Origin: Azolla caroliniana
Lineage: Eukaryota > Plantae > Polypodiophyta
NCBI GenBank assembly: GCA_043228905.1
Contig: JBHGNT010000005.1
Coordinates: 4,216,001-4,280,000 of the forward strand
Direction of reading: 5' to 3'
DNA: 64,000 bases
This document shows, piece after piece, positions 51,794-64,000 of this stretch. The notes beneath the pieces were generated by a model, which was given only the letters and a program-made list of their open reading frames with translations, did no database searches and had not been told where the DNA came from. Each line of letters begins with the position of its first letter. Position 1 is the first letter of the stretch. Both the position numbers and the translations under genes were made by a program.

Positions 51794-53662
51794 TTTTTTA
51801 TTTTACTATATAAGTCAAGCAAATAGGGCACATCATGTGCAAATTACATTAATTTATATTGACGTGGTTAGTCTCACTATTGACAATCCTTTGTGGTCTT
51901 AATTTGTGATATGCTTATCCTTTGCTCAAATGTCAACATTTATTTTCCTTTTGCTTACTTGATGGGCATCATAGATGGTATATAGGAATGAAAACTATTG
52001 TAGGCATTGTCACCATCATGACCTTCATGATCATCATTGATGTTGTCACTTCTCACAAGTATGATATTGAAACCGCCAAATTTATAAAGCATGAATGTAG
52101 AAGTCACATAATGAAGCATAGAGAAAATGTCTGCCCCTTAGAGTAAACAAGATCCTAATAAGGTATACTAGGTAGGTATTTTAGGTACAAATGACAATGT
52201 TCTTCCAATAACCAAGTGTCAAAGACCCAATTGGTCAATTATGTATGAGATCATGCACTCTCGTAAGACCAAAATCCAAGAACTTGACAATGATGTGGAA
52301 GTTAAACTTTTCCTTTTGCCTCTCTTTGGTGGTGTGCAAAACATCGAAGTATTGTTGGGCTTGACATTATATAGCCTCCCTCTTACCAGTAGGATGGCAA
52401 ATGATCCATGGGAATTCATACTTGACAAGTTATGCCCATAAGAATTAAGGTAATTAATGTATATTATTATAAATAGTTTGTATGTTATTGAGTTTATTGA
52501 GTTATTGAGTGTTATGTAGAAATCTAAGCCAACTCATTTCTTAATGAGCTTGATTTCAAAATGAGAATAGTTTGTCAAAGACCATTATTAAGACAAGAAC
52601 TGGAACGAATATGCTTTCGGAAGAATTGTAACCCATGACAGAAACATTTCTATGTTATTAATAAAGATGGAACCTCACTAATAGACTCATAACTTTAGAC
52701 TTGGGATGGTGGTTCTACTTCAACAAAATATTCTCTATTTACCTTTAGTTCCATGTGTGTAAATGCAACTAACTTCACATGGGACGCCATACGGGATGGA
52801 CATGTAAAAGTGCTTGATCTTGACATGGCTCATAGATGAGAATCATGCTTGAGCTTCAATGTGTAAGTAGAGTCGAAATGCCAATGCCATTCAGTTCAAA
52901 AGTCCACTATATGAGCTATTTATGGAAAAATAGAGAACGGTAAGAGGAAAAATTACCAAGGCATGCCATGCAGTGGGGATTATAAGAGATGTCGATAAAC
53001 TTGCCGAACAAAGTGATGAGATGCAATTCATACAAAGTGATGTCTAAGGTGTTGAATTCATTTGTTTTTTACATTGGAAATCAAATAGTTGTTGAACAAT
53101 TTGTATTTGTGTAATTATCATGGATTACAGAAATTGCCACAATGCTTCTTTTTGTTACAACGTCGGAATTACACTGAAAGTGGATTTCATAAAATGCCTA
53201 TCAAGAAGAGTTTCAGTTGAAAGATGGTGTTATATCACATGGAATTCCTGAAAGATTCACAAACAATGGTTGTTGTCTTCGGTGAAGATTTTCCGATTCG
53301 AGTCATAGGAGTTCATCGGCGAAGATTGTCTGACTTAAGTCATAGGAGTACTCATATTGCGTTCTTCTTCATCTTGTTATTTTGGAGAATGATATGGCTT
53401 GGTTGTACTTTTTTTACTTGTCCAGTACTTTACGAGGATTTTTATCATTATCTTTACTAGTAAAGCTTGGCTAGGGTCGTTCAGCACAACCTCACAACAT
53501 TGCTTGTAACATTGGACTACTTTATATATTACCTCTGGCCACTTTACTTTTAATACCAATGGAGGGTATTTCTCTTGAAAAACAGAGAGAGAGGAAAAAT
53601 TAGAGAAGTTACAAAGAAACCTAGATGGAGGGAAGAGTTTTGGAGAGCGAAATAGAAGAAAG

Positions 53663-53952
53663 TGACGCGAAATATGCGGAATATTACTCGGCCACAACCG
53701 AGTCTCAAATCGTGTCGTTTAGAATCAAAACACCGAGAATGGGAATGGAGGGTAAATACACGTATATGCACACACACTGTAAACAAGAGAGTACACAAGA
53801 TGTTAACGTGGAAAACCCTGAGAGGGAAAAACCACAGGAGCCCACAGACTCCAAACTATCACTATGTCAAAGAATACAACAGGGGGCACAGAGGCAACGA
53901 CCTCGTGCTCACACTCTTCACCTGGTGGCGGTTACAACAGAGAATCGCTCTG

Positions 53953-53994
<42 letters not shown>

Positions 53995-54234
53995 CTCTAT
54001 ACAACAGTAACTGTTACAACAACAATGCAAAGAATGACCAACGCACCTATACTAAGTGTTTGCCCTAGATCATATTTATACTAATATGACATTAGGACTA
54101 TTTACCTATATGTCCCTTCATTCGGTGAGGGGTTCTCACCGGGCCTACATCATCCAGTTCTCACCGGTTCTTCCTTGCCAGGTACTCATCATCCGGTTCC
54201 CACGATCCCATCCGGAGAGACCGAAATCCCAACA
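53663..54234 (-). repeat. 3' LTR of the copia element (572 bp, contains a (CT)n tract)
   Basis: Direct repeat of 58313-58893. Preceded in element orientation by a polypurine tract (plus strand atctccccctt, 54235-54245). Confidence 0.96.
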
Positions 54235-57200
54235 ATCTCCCCCTTCACTCCGGCATGGGCTGTTTCGTCAGCCTGATCCGCGTCTGACATGCGTTCAACT
54301 TGTCGGGTGTCAGCACTTTGGTCAGCATGTCCGACCCGTTCTCCTCCGTGTGGATCTTCGTTAACACGAACTCTCGATCTTCAACTCACTCCCGGATCCA
54401 GTGGTACTTGCGTTGGATATGCTTCGTTCTGGAATGGTATGCCATGTTCTTTGCAAGGTGGATGGCACTTTGACTGTCGCAGTAGAGCTGGTATTCCTCT
54501 TGCCGGATCCCTAGCTCTCCGATGAAGTCCTTCATCCATAATATTTCCTTGCCGGCTTCCACAACTGCTATGTACTCCGCTTTCGTGGTTGACAACGCAA
54601 CCGTCTTCTGCAACCTCGACTGCCACGAAACGGCCCCCCCTGCATATGTCATGACATATCCGGATGTTGACCGGCTGGTATTCGCATCAGCCGACATATC
54701 CGAATCTGTGAAACCGTAAAGTGGGGTTTACCGAAGCTGAATCGGAGGCACATACTTGAGGTGCCTTTCAAGTACCGGAGTATCCACTTCACTACGTTCT
54801 AGTGCTCTCTGTCGAGATTGCTCATGAACCGGCTCACCACTCCTACTGCGTATCCGATATCTGGTTGGGTACACACCATTGCGTACATTAAGCTCCCGAC
54901 GGCACAGGCATATGGTATCTTCATTATATCCACCTTCTCTGCCTTCGTCTTTGGGCTTTGCTTACCGATAATCTGCAGTTTGCCAGGAGTGTCGATCCGA
55001 CTAGTTTCGCATCCGACATGTTGAACCGCTGAAGCACCTTCATCACGTACTTTTCTTGTGAAAACCACAATAGCTTCTTTGACCGGTCCCGGATGATGTG
55101 CATCCCCAATATCTGTCTTGCCAGACCCAAGTCTTTCATTGAGAAAGTCCGGTTCAAGGCCTTCTTCAGCATCTGTATTTTGGCTTGGTCTTGTCCGATG
55201 ATCAACATATCATCCACATATAGGAGTATCAGGAAGTCTCCACTGTCAAATTTCTTCACAAACACGCAGTGATCGGCTTGCGTCTTGTGGTACCCTTGAT
55301 CGGTCATGAAGGAGTCAAACTTCTGGTCCCATTGCCGGGGAGCTTGCTTTAGTCCGTATAGGGTCTTCTTCAACCAGCAAACCAGATGCTCCTTCCCTTT
55401 CTTCACAAATCCTTCCGGTTGCTGCATATAGATCTCTTCTTCGAGGTCGTTGTGAAGGAACGCCATCTTCACGTCTAGTTGCTCTACCTTGAGGTCCATG
55501 CTTGCCGCTATAATTAGCACCGTCTGGATGGAAGTCATCTTCACTACCGGGGCAAATATCTCATCGAAGTCCACTCCCTTCTTCTACTGGAACCCCTTCA
55601 CCACGATCCTAGCTTGGAACCTTGGGGGGTTGCCGGCATCTCCCGGTTTCAACTTGTACACCCACTTATTCTGGAGTGCCCGCTTTCCTTTCGGCAACTC
55701 CACCAGTTCATATGTGTGGTTCTCATGCAGGGAATCCATCTCGTCTTGCATGGCACTCAACCACTTGCCATTGTGGGTGTCCTCTTTTGCTTCTTTGAAG
55801 CTTTCCGGCTCCCCCTCATCGGTTAGCACCACGCGCTCTTCATCTGAAAATCTCCGAGGGACCCTTCTCTCTCTTAGAGATATATGCATCCTTGGCTTTC
55901 GACAACCGGCTCCTCTGTTTGTTCTTCATCCGAATCTGATTCGGGGTCTTGGCCGGTTCCGGTTTCTACTTCTTCTTCTTCTTCGGTCGGTTCAGTTTCC
56001 TCTTCGTAACTGACCGGTTCTTCGAGTGCCAATCGGCTCTTAGTCGGGTAGGTTCGTATCTCATCGAACCGATAATTACCGGTCAACTCAGAGTTCATTA
56101 TCTTTTTCTCCGACTCCCAGTCGGCAAGGGTCTTGTCCTCCATGAAGATAATATCTTGACTCCGGAAAACCTTCTTGTCGACCGGATCCCACACTCAGTA
56201 GTCGAACTCATCATTGCCGTATTCGAGGAATATGCAAGGCCGGGACTTTGGATCCAACTTTGCTCTCCGATCCTTTGCAACATGCACGTAAGCGAGACAC
56301 CTGAACACCTTCAGATGCCGGTAAGACACTTCCTTACTAGTCCACACTCTCTGCGGCATGTCTCCGTCCAAGGGCAGTGAGGGTGATTTGTTTATCACGT
56401 ACGTCGTTGTCGCCAACGCCTCAGCCCAAAACTTCTTGGGTAACCTTGCATGTGCCAGCATACTTCGGACCCTCTCCATTATGGTCCGGTTCATCCTCTT
56501 GGCTAGCACGTTTAGTTCTGGCGTCTTCGGCATGGTAAATACGATCCGGATTCCCTTCGAAAGAAAGTACTCCTCAAACTGGCCCCGGTATTCGCCTCCG
56601 TTATCTGCTTGAACCGCCTTTAGCTTCCGGCCGATTTCTCTTTCCACTCTTGCGTGGAGCTCCTTGAAGGTGGATAACACCTGATCCTTCGTCTTCAATG
56701 GTGTGGCCCACAGCTTCCGGCTGTGATCGTCTATGAATGTCACGAAGTACTGCGATCCGGCATGTGACTTCGTGTCCACTTGACACACATCGGTATGCAC
56801 CAGCTCCAATGGTGCATTCCGTCTCATCGGCGGTCTTGACCGGAAGGAGGTGTGGGGTTGCTTGCCGGCCAAGCAATCGATGCACTTATCAAGTTGCACG
56901 TCCTTCACCGGAATGAGGTTGTCTACGGCAAGCCTCTTCATCCCCTTCTCACTCATGTGACACAGTCTTTTGTGCCACAGCTCACCAGCAGTGTCAGATG
57001 CTACGTTCACTTCTCCTCGGCATATCCGGGCATTCATCAAGTACAATGTGTTGACCTTCTGGGCTCGAGCCACTATTAGGCTCCCTTTGCAGAACTTCAT
57101 GACACCGTTCCGGATGCTACCTGTGTAGCGTTCATCATCTAGTCGACCCGCTGATATCAGCTTCAGTCGAACCTCCGGAACGTGTCGGACATCCTTCAAC

Positions 57201-58297
57201 AACAACTTGCACCTGATTGATGTCGTCAACAACACATCTCCTATGCCAATAATTCAACATGTACCTTCATTCCCCATCCGGACACAGCCGTGCTCACCAG
57301 TTGTGTAGGATGAGAAGCATTTCCGGTCCGGGGTCAAGTGAAACGACACTTCGGAATCGAAAACCCACGTTGTGTCGTCGACGGCAAGGTTCAACTCACT
57401 CTCCTTGGTGATGAGCATTAGTTCTTCTTCACTTGCCGCGATCGTCGTCGTTCCCTTCCGATCCGAGCCTCGTCGATCTGAACCGTTTCGGTTCAGTGAC
57501 TTCTTCGAATCGGTATTGTCGGTTCCCTTGTCATTCCGAAAATGCCGACAGTTCTTCTGGAAGTGCCTCGGCTTGCCGCAATAGAAGCAAGTGGGCCTCC
57601 CCCTTGACTTTGACCATGTCCCTGACTTTTCCCGGTTCTGGTGACTCCGATTCCTTTGTCTTCCGCGTTCCGATTTGGTAAGGAGGGCTTTGGCGTCGGA
57701 GATCACCTCCTTGTCTTTCCAACGCGCCTCCTCATCTAGCAAGCTCGACTTGACTCTTGCTAGGGATAGTTGTTTTCCTTCCGGCCTGGCGTTGCCCAAC
57801 GTGACAACTAACGTCTCCCAGCTATCCGGGAGGGAACCGAGCATGTGTAGAGCAAGTACCTCATTGGCGAGAGGTACTTCCAACGAGGTTGCTTGGTGTA
57901 TCAACCCCTGGAAGGCATTCATGTGCTCCGCCATACTAGAGCCGTCTTGGTACCGGAGCCTCACTAGCTTCCGAAATACCGAAACTTGATTAACTGCATT
58001 CTTGTTTTGGAACATAATGTCGATCTTCTCCCAGAGTTCATGAGCCTTTGCTCTCTTCATTGAAGTTGTTGTACAGGCTCATGTCGATGAAGCACCGGAT
58101 GTATGTTGTCGTCTTCATGTGCATCACCTCCCACATCGTAGCGTCGATCTTATACGGTCTCTTGTCGCCGAACTGAATCGGCAACCAAAGATCTTTAACC
58201 ACCAACATGTCCCTCATCTTCGACTTCCACACTGAGTAGTTGGAGCTGGTGAGCTTGAACATGCCGCCGAAAGATTCTTTCATTTTCTGTGTTGTTT

Positions 58298-58309
58298 GCT
58301 CTAATACCA
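58298..58309 (-). promoter_or_regulatory. Primer-binding site (initiator tRNA-Met type)
   Basis: Minus-strand TGGTATTAGAGC, 3 nt from the 5' LTR end, has one mismatch to canonical TGGTATCAGAGC. Confidence 0.9.
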
Positions 58310-58312
58310 GTT

Positions 58313-58602
58313 TGACGTGAAATATGCGGAATATTACTCGGCCACAACCGAGTCCCAAATCGTGTTGTTTAGAATCGAAACACCGAGAATGGGAATGGAG
58401 GGTAAATACACATAAATGCACACACACTGTAAACAAGAGAGTACACAAGATGTTAACGTGGAAAACTCGGAGAGGGAAAAACCACGGGAGCCCATAGACT
58501 CCAAACTATCACTATGTCAACGAATACAACAGGGGGCACAGAGGCAATGACCTCATGGTCACACTCTTCGCCTGACGGCGGTTACAACAGAGAATCACTC
58601 TG

Positions 58603-58666
<64 letters not shown>

Positions 58667-58893
58667 CAACAGTTACAACAACAACGCAAAGAATGACCAA
58701 CGCACCTATACTAAGTGTTTGCCCTAGATCATATTTATACTAATATGACATTAGGACTATTTACCTATATGTCCCTTCATCCGGTGAGGGGTTCTCACTG
58801 GGCCTGCATCATCTGGTTCTCACCGGGTCTTCCTTGCCGGGTACTCATCATCCGGTTCTCACGATCCCATCCGGAGAGACCGAAATCCCAACA
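58313..58893 (-). repeat. 5' LTR of the copia element (581 bp)
   Basis: Direct repeat of 53663-54234, adjacent to the PBS. Confidence 0.96.
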
Positions 58894-59577
58894 GAAAGTA
58901 TAGCTAGAGCAAGGAGGGAGATGCTTGATTGGCCCTAAGTTATGATAAAATTAAGCATTTAGTGGAGGTTCTCAACTTGGTCCTGTTTGTCTCCATTTTT
59001 ATCTATTGTACGACGAACAACCTTTCAAACTATTGTAGCATCCATCTTTAGATTTTAGTCTAATTAATTTGACTTAGAGTGGAGTGGAGCAAGACCAAAT
59101 TTATTATCTCAAACTTAAGAGTTTAGTTTGTGCTTGGTCCAAATCAAAACTTCTTCTTCTTCTTTTTCCTAAACAAGATATCCTTCCATTAGTTTTAAAA
59201 AGCATATCATCTACAAAATAAAGTCCACTTATTTTATTGGAAATCAAAACTTCTTTAATATTGGTCGTGATGAGATATTGTCTAAATACAATACATGGAT
59301 CATTATCTTCCTACCTTCTATCTTGACATCAATTGCAACGTCTGTTGGGACATCTCCTAAGTGCTCCCACCATGAGGAATCCATCAATTCACTCGTATTA
59401 GGCCATTTTGTTGGCGTGAACCCCATATAAAACTTCTCGTAACCTTAAAATCCATGTTTTTGAACCAAGTAGCTCCAAACCTAGTTGTTGCTCCATGAAA
59501 ACCTCATCCTTGAGATAACATACAAAAAGGTAGAATTGACATCCTTATAGTATGTCGGCGTATTCTACTTTGCAAAC

Positions 59578-60043
59578 TGTTAGGGGCATGACTATATAAT
59601 ATCCCGTGGTGAGAATTTACCGTAAGTATTCTATACACGTGGATAAGTGTGAGGGTTAAACGAGAGTGTAAAGAAGGGGATGATTACTTTTAATCCTCGG
59701 GATTGAGACAACCCATTAGGCCAAGTGTGAACTTGCATGGGGGCCTTGGGTATCGCTATAAATATGAGGCCTAGCTACCCTCATTTCATCATATCTTGAC
59801 TACGTTGAGACTTTGTTTCATGGTGGGTCAACTCTTTTAGCAAATGCGCTAGCACCAAGTACGACTCCACGCCATGGCTATGGTATGGGACGCCGATCGA
59901 GGCTCAAGTCCATCTCGATCCCTTCGCTCAGGGGTGGTCGGGTGGATCGACACCCTTCTTTCTCTCTCTCATTTCTCTCTCTCCTTTCTATCTATCTATC
60001 TTTTATCCTTATCATATGCTTACTTTAGATCATAACTCTAACA
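59578..60043 (+). mobile_element. Solo LTR (466 bp)
   Basis: TGTTAG...CTAACA inverted termini, perfect TSD CAAAC (59573-59577 / 60044-60048), internal TATA box ctataaata at ~59756, no internal coding region. Confidence 0.85.
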
Positions 60044-63000
60044 CAAACACTATGAGGACTCTCTAGATTGTTTTTAGCATTGTTGTCGAAGTGAGGGATT
60101 CCTCAATGCTCAACTCTTATCTCTACAAATACCCTTCCTATACAAGTGTCACCTTATATTTATCATATGATCTATCAACATTGTTATAGTATTGTTTTGA
60201 TCACCTTTTGGTCTACTTGACCCACCAAGTGTTGAGTCTAGTTGTTGGAAATATTCTCTAGTTTGAACTCCATAGTTATCGGCTACCTTGGATCTTCCAT
60301 TGACTTCTCCAAGGTGGTAGGCTCCTTTAAATTTTCAAGTATGGCCATGCTTTTCTTAATGTTTATTGTCAGTTTAGTACAACTATTAGTACTGATTCTT
60401 CCTCATTTCACCACTTGTGAATGGACTGAACCTGTCCTGGCAATAATATGTATGTATATATGAATGCCTTCTGGGTAAAGATTGAGGCAAGAGACTCAAA
60501 TATCTTGAAAAGGCCACAACTGTTTACTACAAAAGGTAAATTAGGGGTTCCCCTTAAAAAAGTGTTCCAATCAATGGAAAAAGATTTGAATGATTTCTTC
60601 AGTAAACCCTAAACCCTAATGGGATCTGGTCAAAGTTTTTTGCCAATTTCTTTAGTGATGAGGGGATTAAAACGACCCCCCACAATGTTTATTTGCAAAT
60701 ATAAAGATCAATTATGGGGATCACATGTCATGACCAGTATCGACAAAACAAAAAGCACATAAGTGCCTCAATTCTAATTGAAAAAAACCCGATATATGTG
60801 AGGTGTCGTTTAGAACATACCAAGCAATCCTTCCAAGAGAGAATTGCCTAAAAAATTGTGAGAGGAAGAAATTAACACATCATCAAAGTTATTAGAGAAA
60901 GAACTTATGAGTAAATGTGGCTTAGTAATGGTTTTATCTTAAATAGCGGCAGATAAATGTGTGCATATGTCTGGTCTAAACATGGGGTCCTTTCATACTG
61001 ATTATGTATTTCATTCAATGTAACTCTATTCTTTGTGTGAAAGGCTCCTAGTCTCTACACCAATATATGTAAACTTGAAACCTTTAGTTGAATTAAATAA
61101 GATGTGAAGCAAAAGAAATTGGGAAGGGTGCAAAATCTTGCATTCCAATTTCATGAAATCATAAGTTATGATGAAGATCTAGCTACATTATTTTCACTTG
61201 TTTTCTCATTTTAAAGTTGTCTACGACATATAAGCTCTTGATTTAAACATAATAGACTACACTCTAAAGATTAAGTGGTCCATGCTATATTATCGTGACA
61301 CTCTGTGTTTTAAGTGTTTAGGAATCAAGATGTCCCCCATAGCTTGTGCATATCGATGCGTTGTCATGGAGAATAGTGAATCGCCTTTTCCAACTAACAT
61401 CTCGAAAAAAAGATGAATGTGAGTCAAAAAAGAAATCAACTAAACTCGGAAAGACATACTATATGATTCACTTTGTTGCACTAATGAAAGATATATTATA
61501 TGCTAGACATACTGTTGCACTAAACATGTTCGTTTGCCTTCTAATTCTTTACATGATATACCACAAAGAGGGGATGTTCATAATAGTTTGAAAGCTACTT
61601 TATATATTCCAGTATTATTAATGGTGACTGACCTTCTTGCAAATATTCTTTTGCGTACATTATTTCAGATAGCATTGAATCTTAATTGTTCGAGTTAGGA
61701 CATCTTGTCCACATAAGAATCTCAATTGTAATCCATGATTCATTCCTTTGCATTATCATTGACATACTCGCCCTTAAACATTATTATTATTATTTTCAAA
61801 GCCCATTACCTCACCGATTGATAAATCTTTTGTAGGTTTCACATGTAGCATCAGTCTTCCAACATGTCAATTTGTACATTTTGAAGAACATATAATCTTG
61901 TTGTAATGGAAACATTGAAGGTTCCATTTGCTCGATCTTCTCATACTCACAACAAGTTAGTAAGTTGAAGTGTTTTCTTAACCTTAACACGAGGAAAGGA
62001 AAGTAATTAGAATTCTTATCTCTCATTGTATGCTCTAAAATTCCAATACTTCAATCCATTGCTCGATTGTAAAAATTTGAACCTACAACAGTTTTAAACC
62101 TCATTAGATGAACAAAACTTTTAGAATATATGCTTTTCTTTTTGGGATATGATAACGATGTGAAAGTTATTTAACCAACATTGCCATTCCCTTGCAAGGG
62201 CTATATCATAGTGAACATATGTCTCGCATTCTAAACTTCTCTCCACACTCCGGATACAATTGATCTATTTTTCGCTTTCAGCATTGTCACATCAAGGCTT
62301 AACAAAAACCAAACTTGGGGTAGGTTTTTGGTTCAATTTAAATTTTAAACTTGTGCTTTAGATTCACTTTTATTAAAAGTTGAACCTAAAGCCGTCAATT
62401 TACTTTTGAGGGACATTAAAACTATAGATTGAATTGTCTCATTGAAGCATTGATAGTCGGAATTCCATTTCTCAAGGTTTACTCGTGTAAAGTAAATTTT
62501 TAGGATTGTGATTAAAATATTTTTCAACTTGATTTTGCATAACATGTTAATTCAACAAAAAGAAGGTTTTTCAAATGTTTTTCTTTCCCATGGACTCAAG
62601 GATGTGTTATGAAGAAGCATGCATAGACTAAGTAGAGAAAGGATTGTATTAAGAAATTATACCTAAAGCAATTTTGAGATAGAACTTGAACATACAAGAT
62701 ATTAGAGAATATCAATGTGGTAAAGTTTCAGCTCTGCAGTAAGATTATACTGCAAATATGGGAAAATTTTGAAATATTAAATTTCCATCAACTTGATTGT
62801 AATCGATTTCCATTTACGATCAGATGTATAGGATTGCATATTATAGTGAAACATGAAATAAATTCGAAAAACTTTTATCTAGATGACGTTAAATGAGGAT
62901 CCTGCTGGCAAGCTTTTGAGGCGTCTCTTCCACTTTCTTCGTCATTTCTATCGCTTCTGTGATAGTATTTTGCATTTGCTACATAAGCATATGTTACAAT

Positions 63001-64000
63001 ACATAAAAGTGTGTCAAAAGGACACCATCATCTAAAGTATAAAAGATTCTAACATTAGCCTACCTTCATAAATAGACTAACCGAGTCACAAATCTATAAT
63101 TTGTTAAGAATGTATATGATGAAATAGAGATTTGATGGAATACAATTTGCGAAAGTCGACGAAAGCCTAATTTGAGCCGATCGATATGCCATTTTCTTGT
63201 AGGTGATAAACAATAGGGCATCTTCTAGATCATATAAACATCAATAGAAATATGATTTTACCAAAACATTTTACAAGATTTCGTGCTAATGGATGGAAAT
63301 ACCTTTAATTTCCCTCAATTCCATGAGGAAAATGATCATAATAATCACATTAATGCAAGTTACCTCGATTAACAAGTCGAGAGATTTAAACGATGACCTC
63401 GATTGAACTGACAATTTATGGACAACGTGCACAAACTATTTTAAAGGGCCGGCTCTTGTAACATTTTAGTGACTACAACGTGGTCTTGTAATTGAGTATT
63501 ATATTATTGATTCTAAATGTACATCAAAACTTACAATTGTACATTGTGATAAAGCTATAACATTGCTACAACATGTGTACAAATGCTTCAAATAGCAAGC
63601 TCAAAGTTTGCAAACCTTTTCTTCCTTGGTAGAAGTGTGATTCCCCTTCAGTTGAGGTGGAAGTTATGATGAACGTGTTCTGGTAACCACATGGATTACT
63701 TATTTGGTTTTTATAAACTTTGTAATGGAAAATCATGGACGCTAAAACCACTTGCAATTGCTTGCATATCTAGTTGAAGAATAATATTTACATGAAACAC
63801 CTAAAAGTAATCATAAAGAAGTATGCCTTTTATAACTTTACTAAATCAAAGTTTATTCCATTTGATAGTTTGATAAGATTAGTTTTGCTTCAAAAACAAT
63901 GCTTTCTTTTGACATTTTTTCCTTTCTTGTTTACTGGGTGCTATCAGTTGAGGAACTAAGAAAGAGATAGTCACATACATGATATTTCGGGACGTTTTCA

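Larger units (their letters stand above)
53663..58893 (-). mobile_element. Full-length Ty1/copia LTR retrotransposon (5.2 kb) with disrupted gag-pol
   Basis: LTRs at 58313-58893 and 53663-54234 with TG...CA ends, and a perfect 5-bp TSD GAAAG (53658-53662 / 58894-58898). Domain order: gag (zinc knuckle CFYCGKPRHFQKNC), protease, integrase (WHKRLCH..CIDC, LVHTDVC, ADNGGEY), RT (LLYVDDMLI), RNase H (ALSTTKAEY, CDSQSAIHL). Split over several frames. Confidence 0.97.

Noticed and set aside
44700-53600. Short ORFs in the AT-rich intergenic stretch (likewise ~12500-15000 and ~60100-64000)
   Set aside because: They have no recognisable motifs or consistent exon chains. They are probably very old TE debris that cannot be assigned by eye.
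60604-60619. Telomere-like AAACCCTAAACCCTAA as a telo-box or interstitial telomere
   Set aside because: Only two units are present and there is no recognisable gene nearby.

Overview
AT-rich land-plant nuclear DNA with GT-AG introns, LTR and LINE relics and CT/GA microsatellites. The protein divergence and intron style suggest a non-seed plant such as a fern, but this is inference only. The first ~38 kb holds five intact spliced genes, assembled by hand from splice sites with consistent phases: ESF1 (-), chloroplast cytochrome c6A (-, haem-binding exons absent from the ORF track), an NT-C2/EEIG1-type protein (+), an NDA-type alternative NADH dehydrogenase (-) and plastid SufB (-). A frameshifted EF-hand/ZZ-like gene lies antisense inside ESF1 intron 1. 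At ~39.3-40.5 kb a phased 10 x 20-bp CTAATCAT array sits just upstream of a candidate His-rich orphan gene. The rest is TE-rich: copia and LINE relics, a full-length but disrupted Ty1/copia element with LTRs, PBS, PPT and TSD, and two solo LTRs. Several introns carry degenerate tandem arrays next to, or copying, their 5' splice site. No CRISPR array, rRNA or bona fide tRNA was seen.
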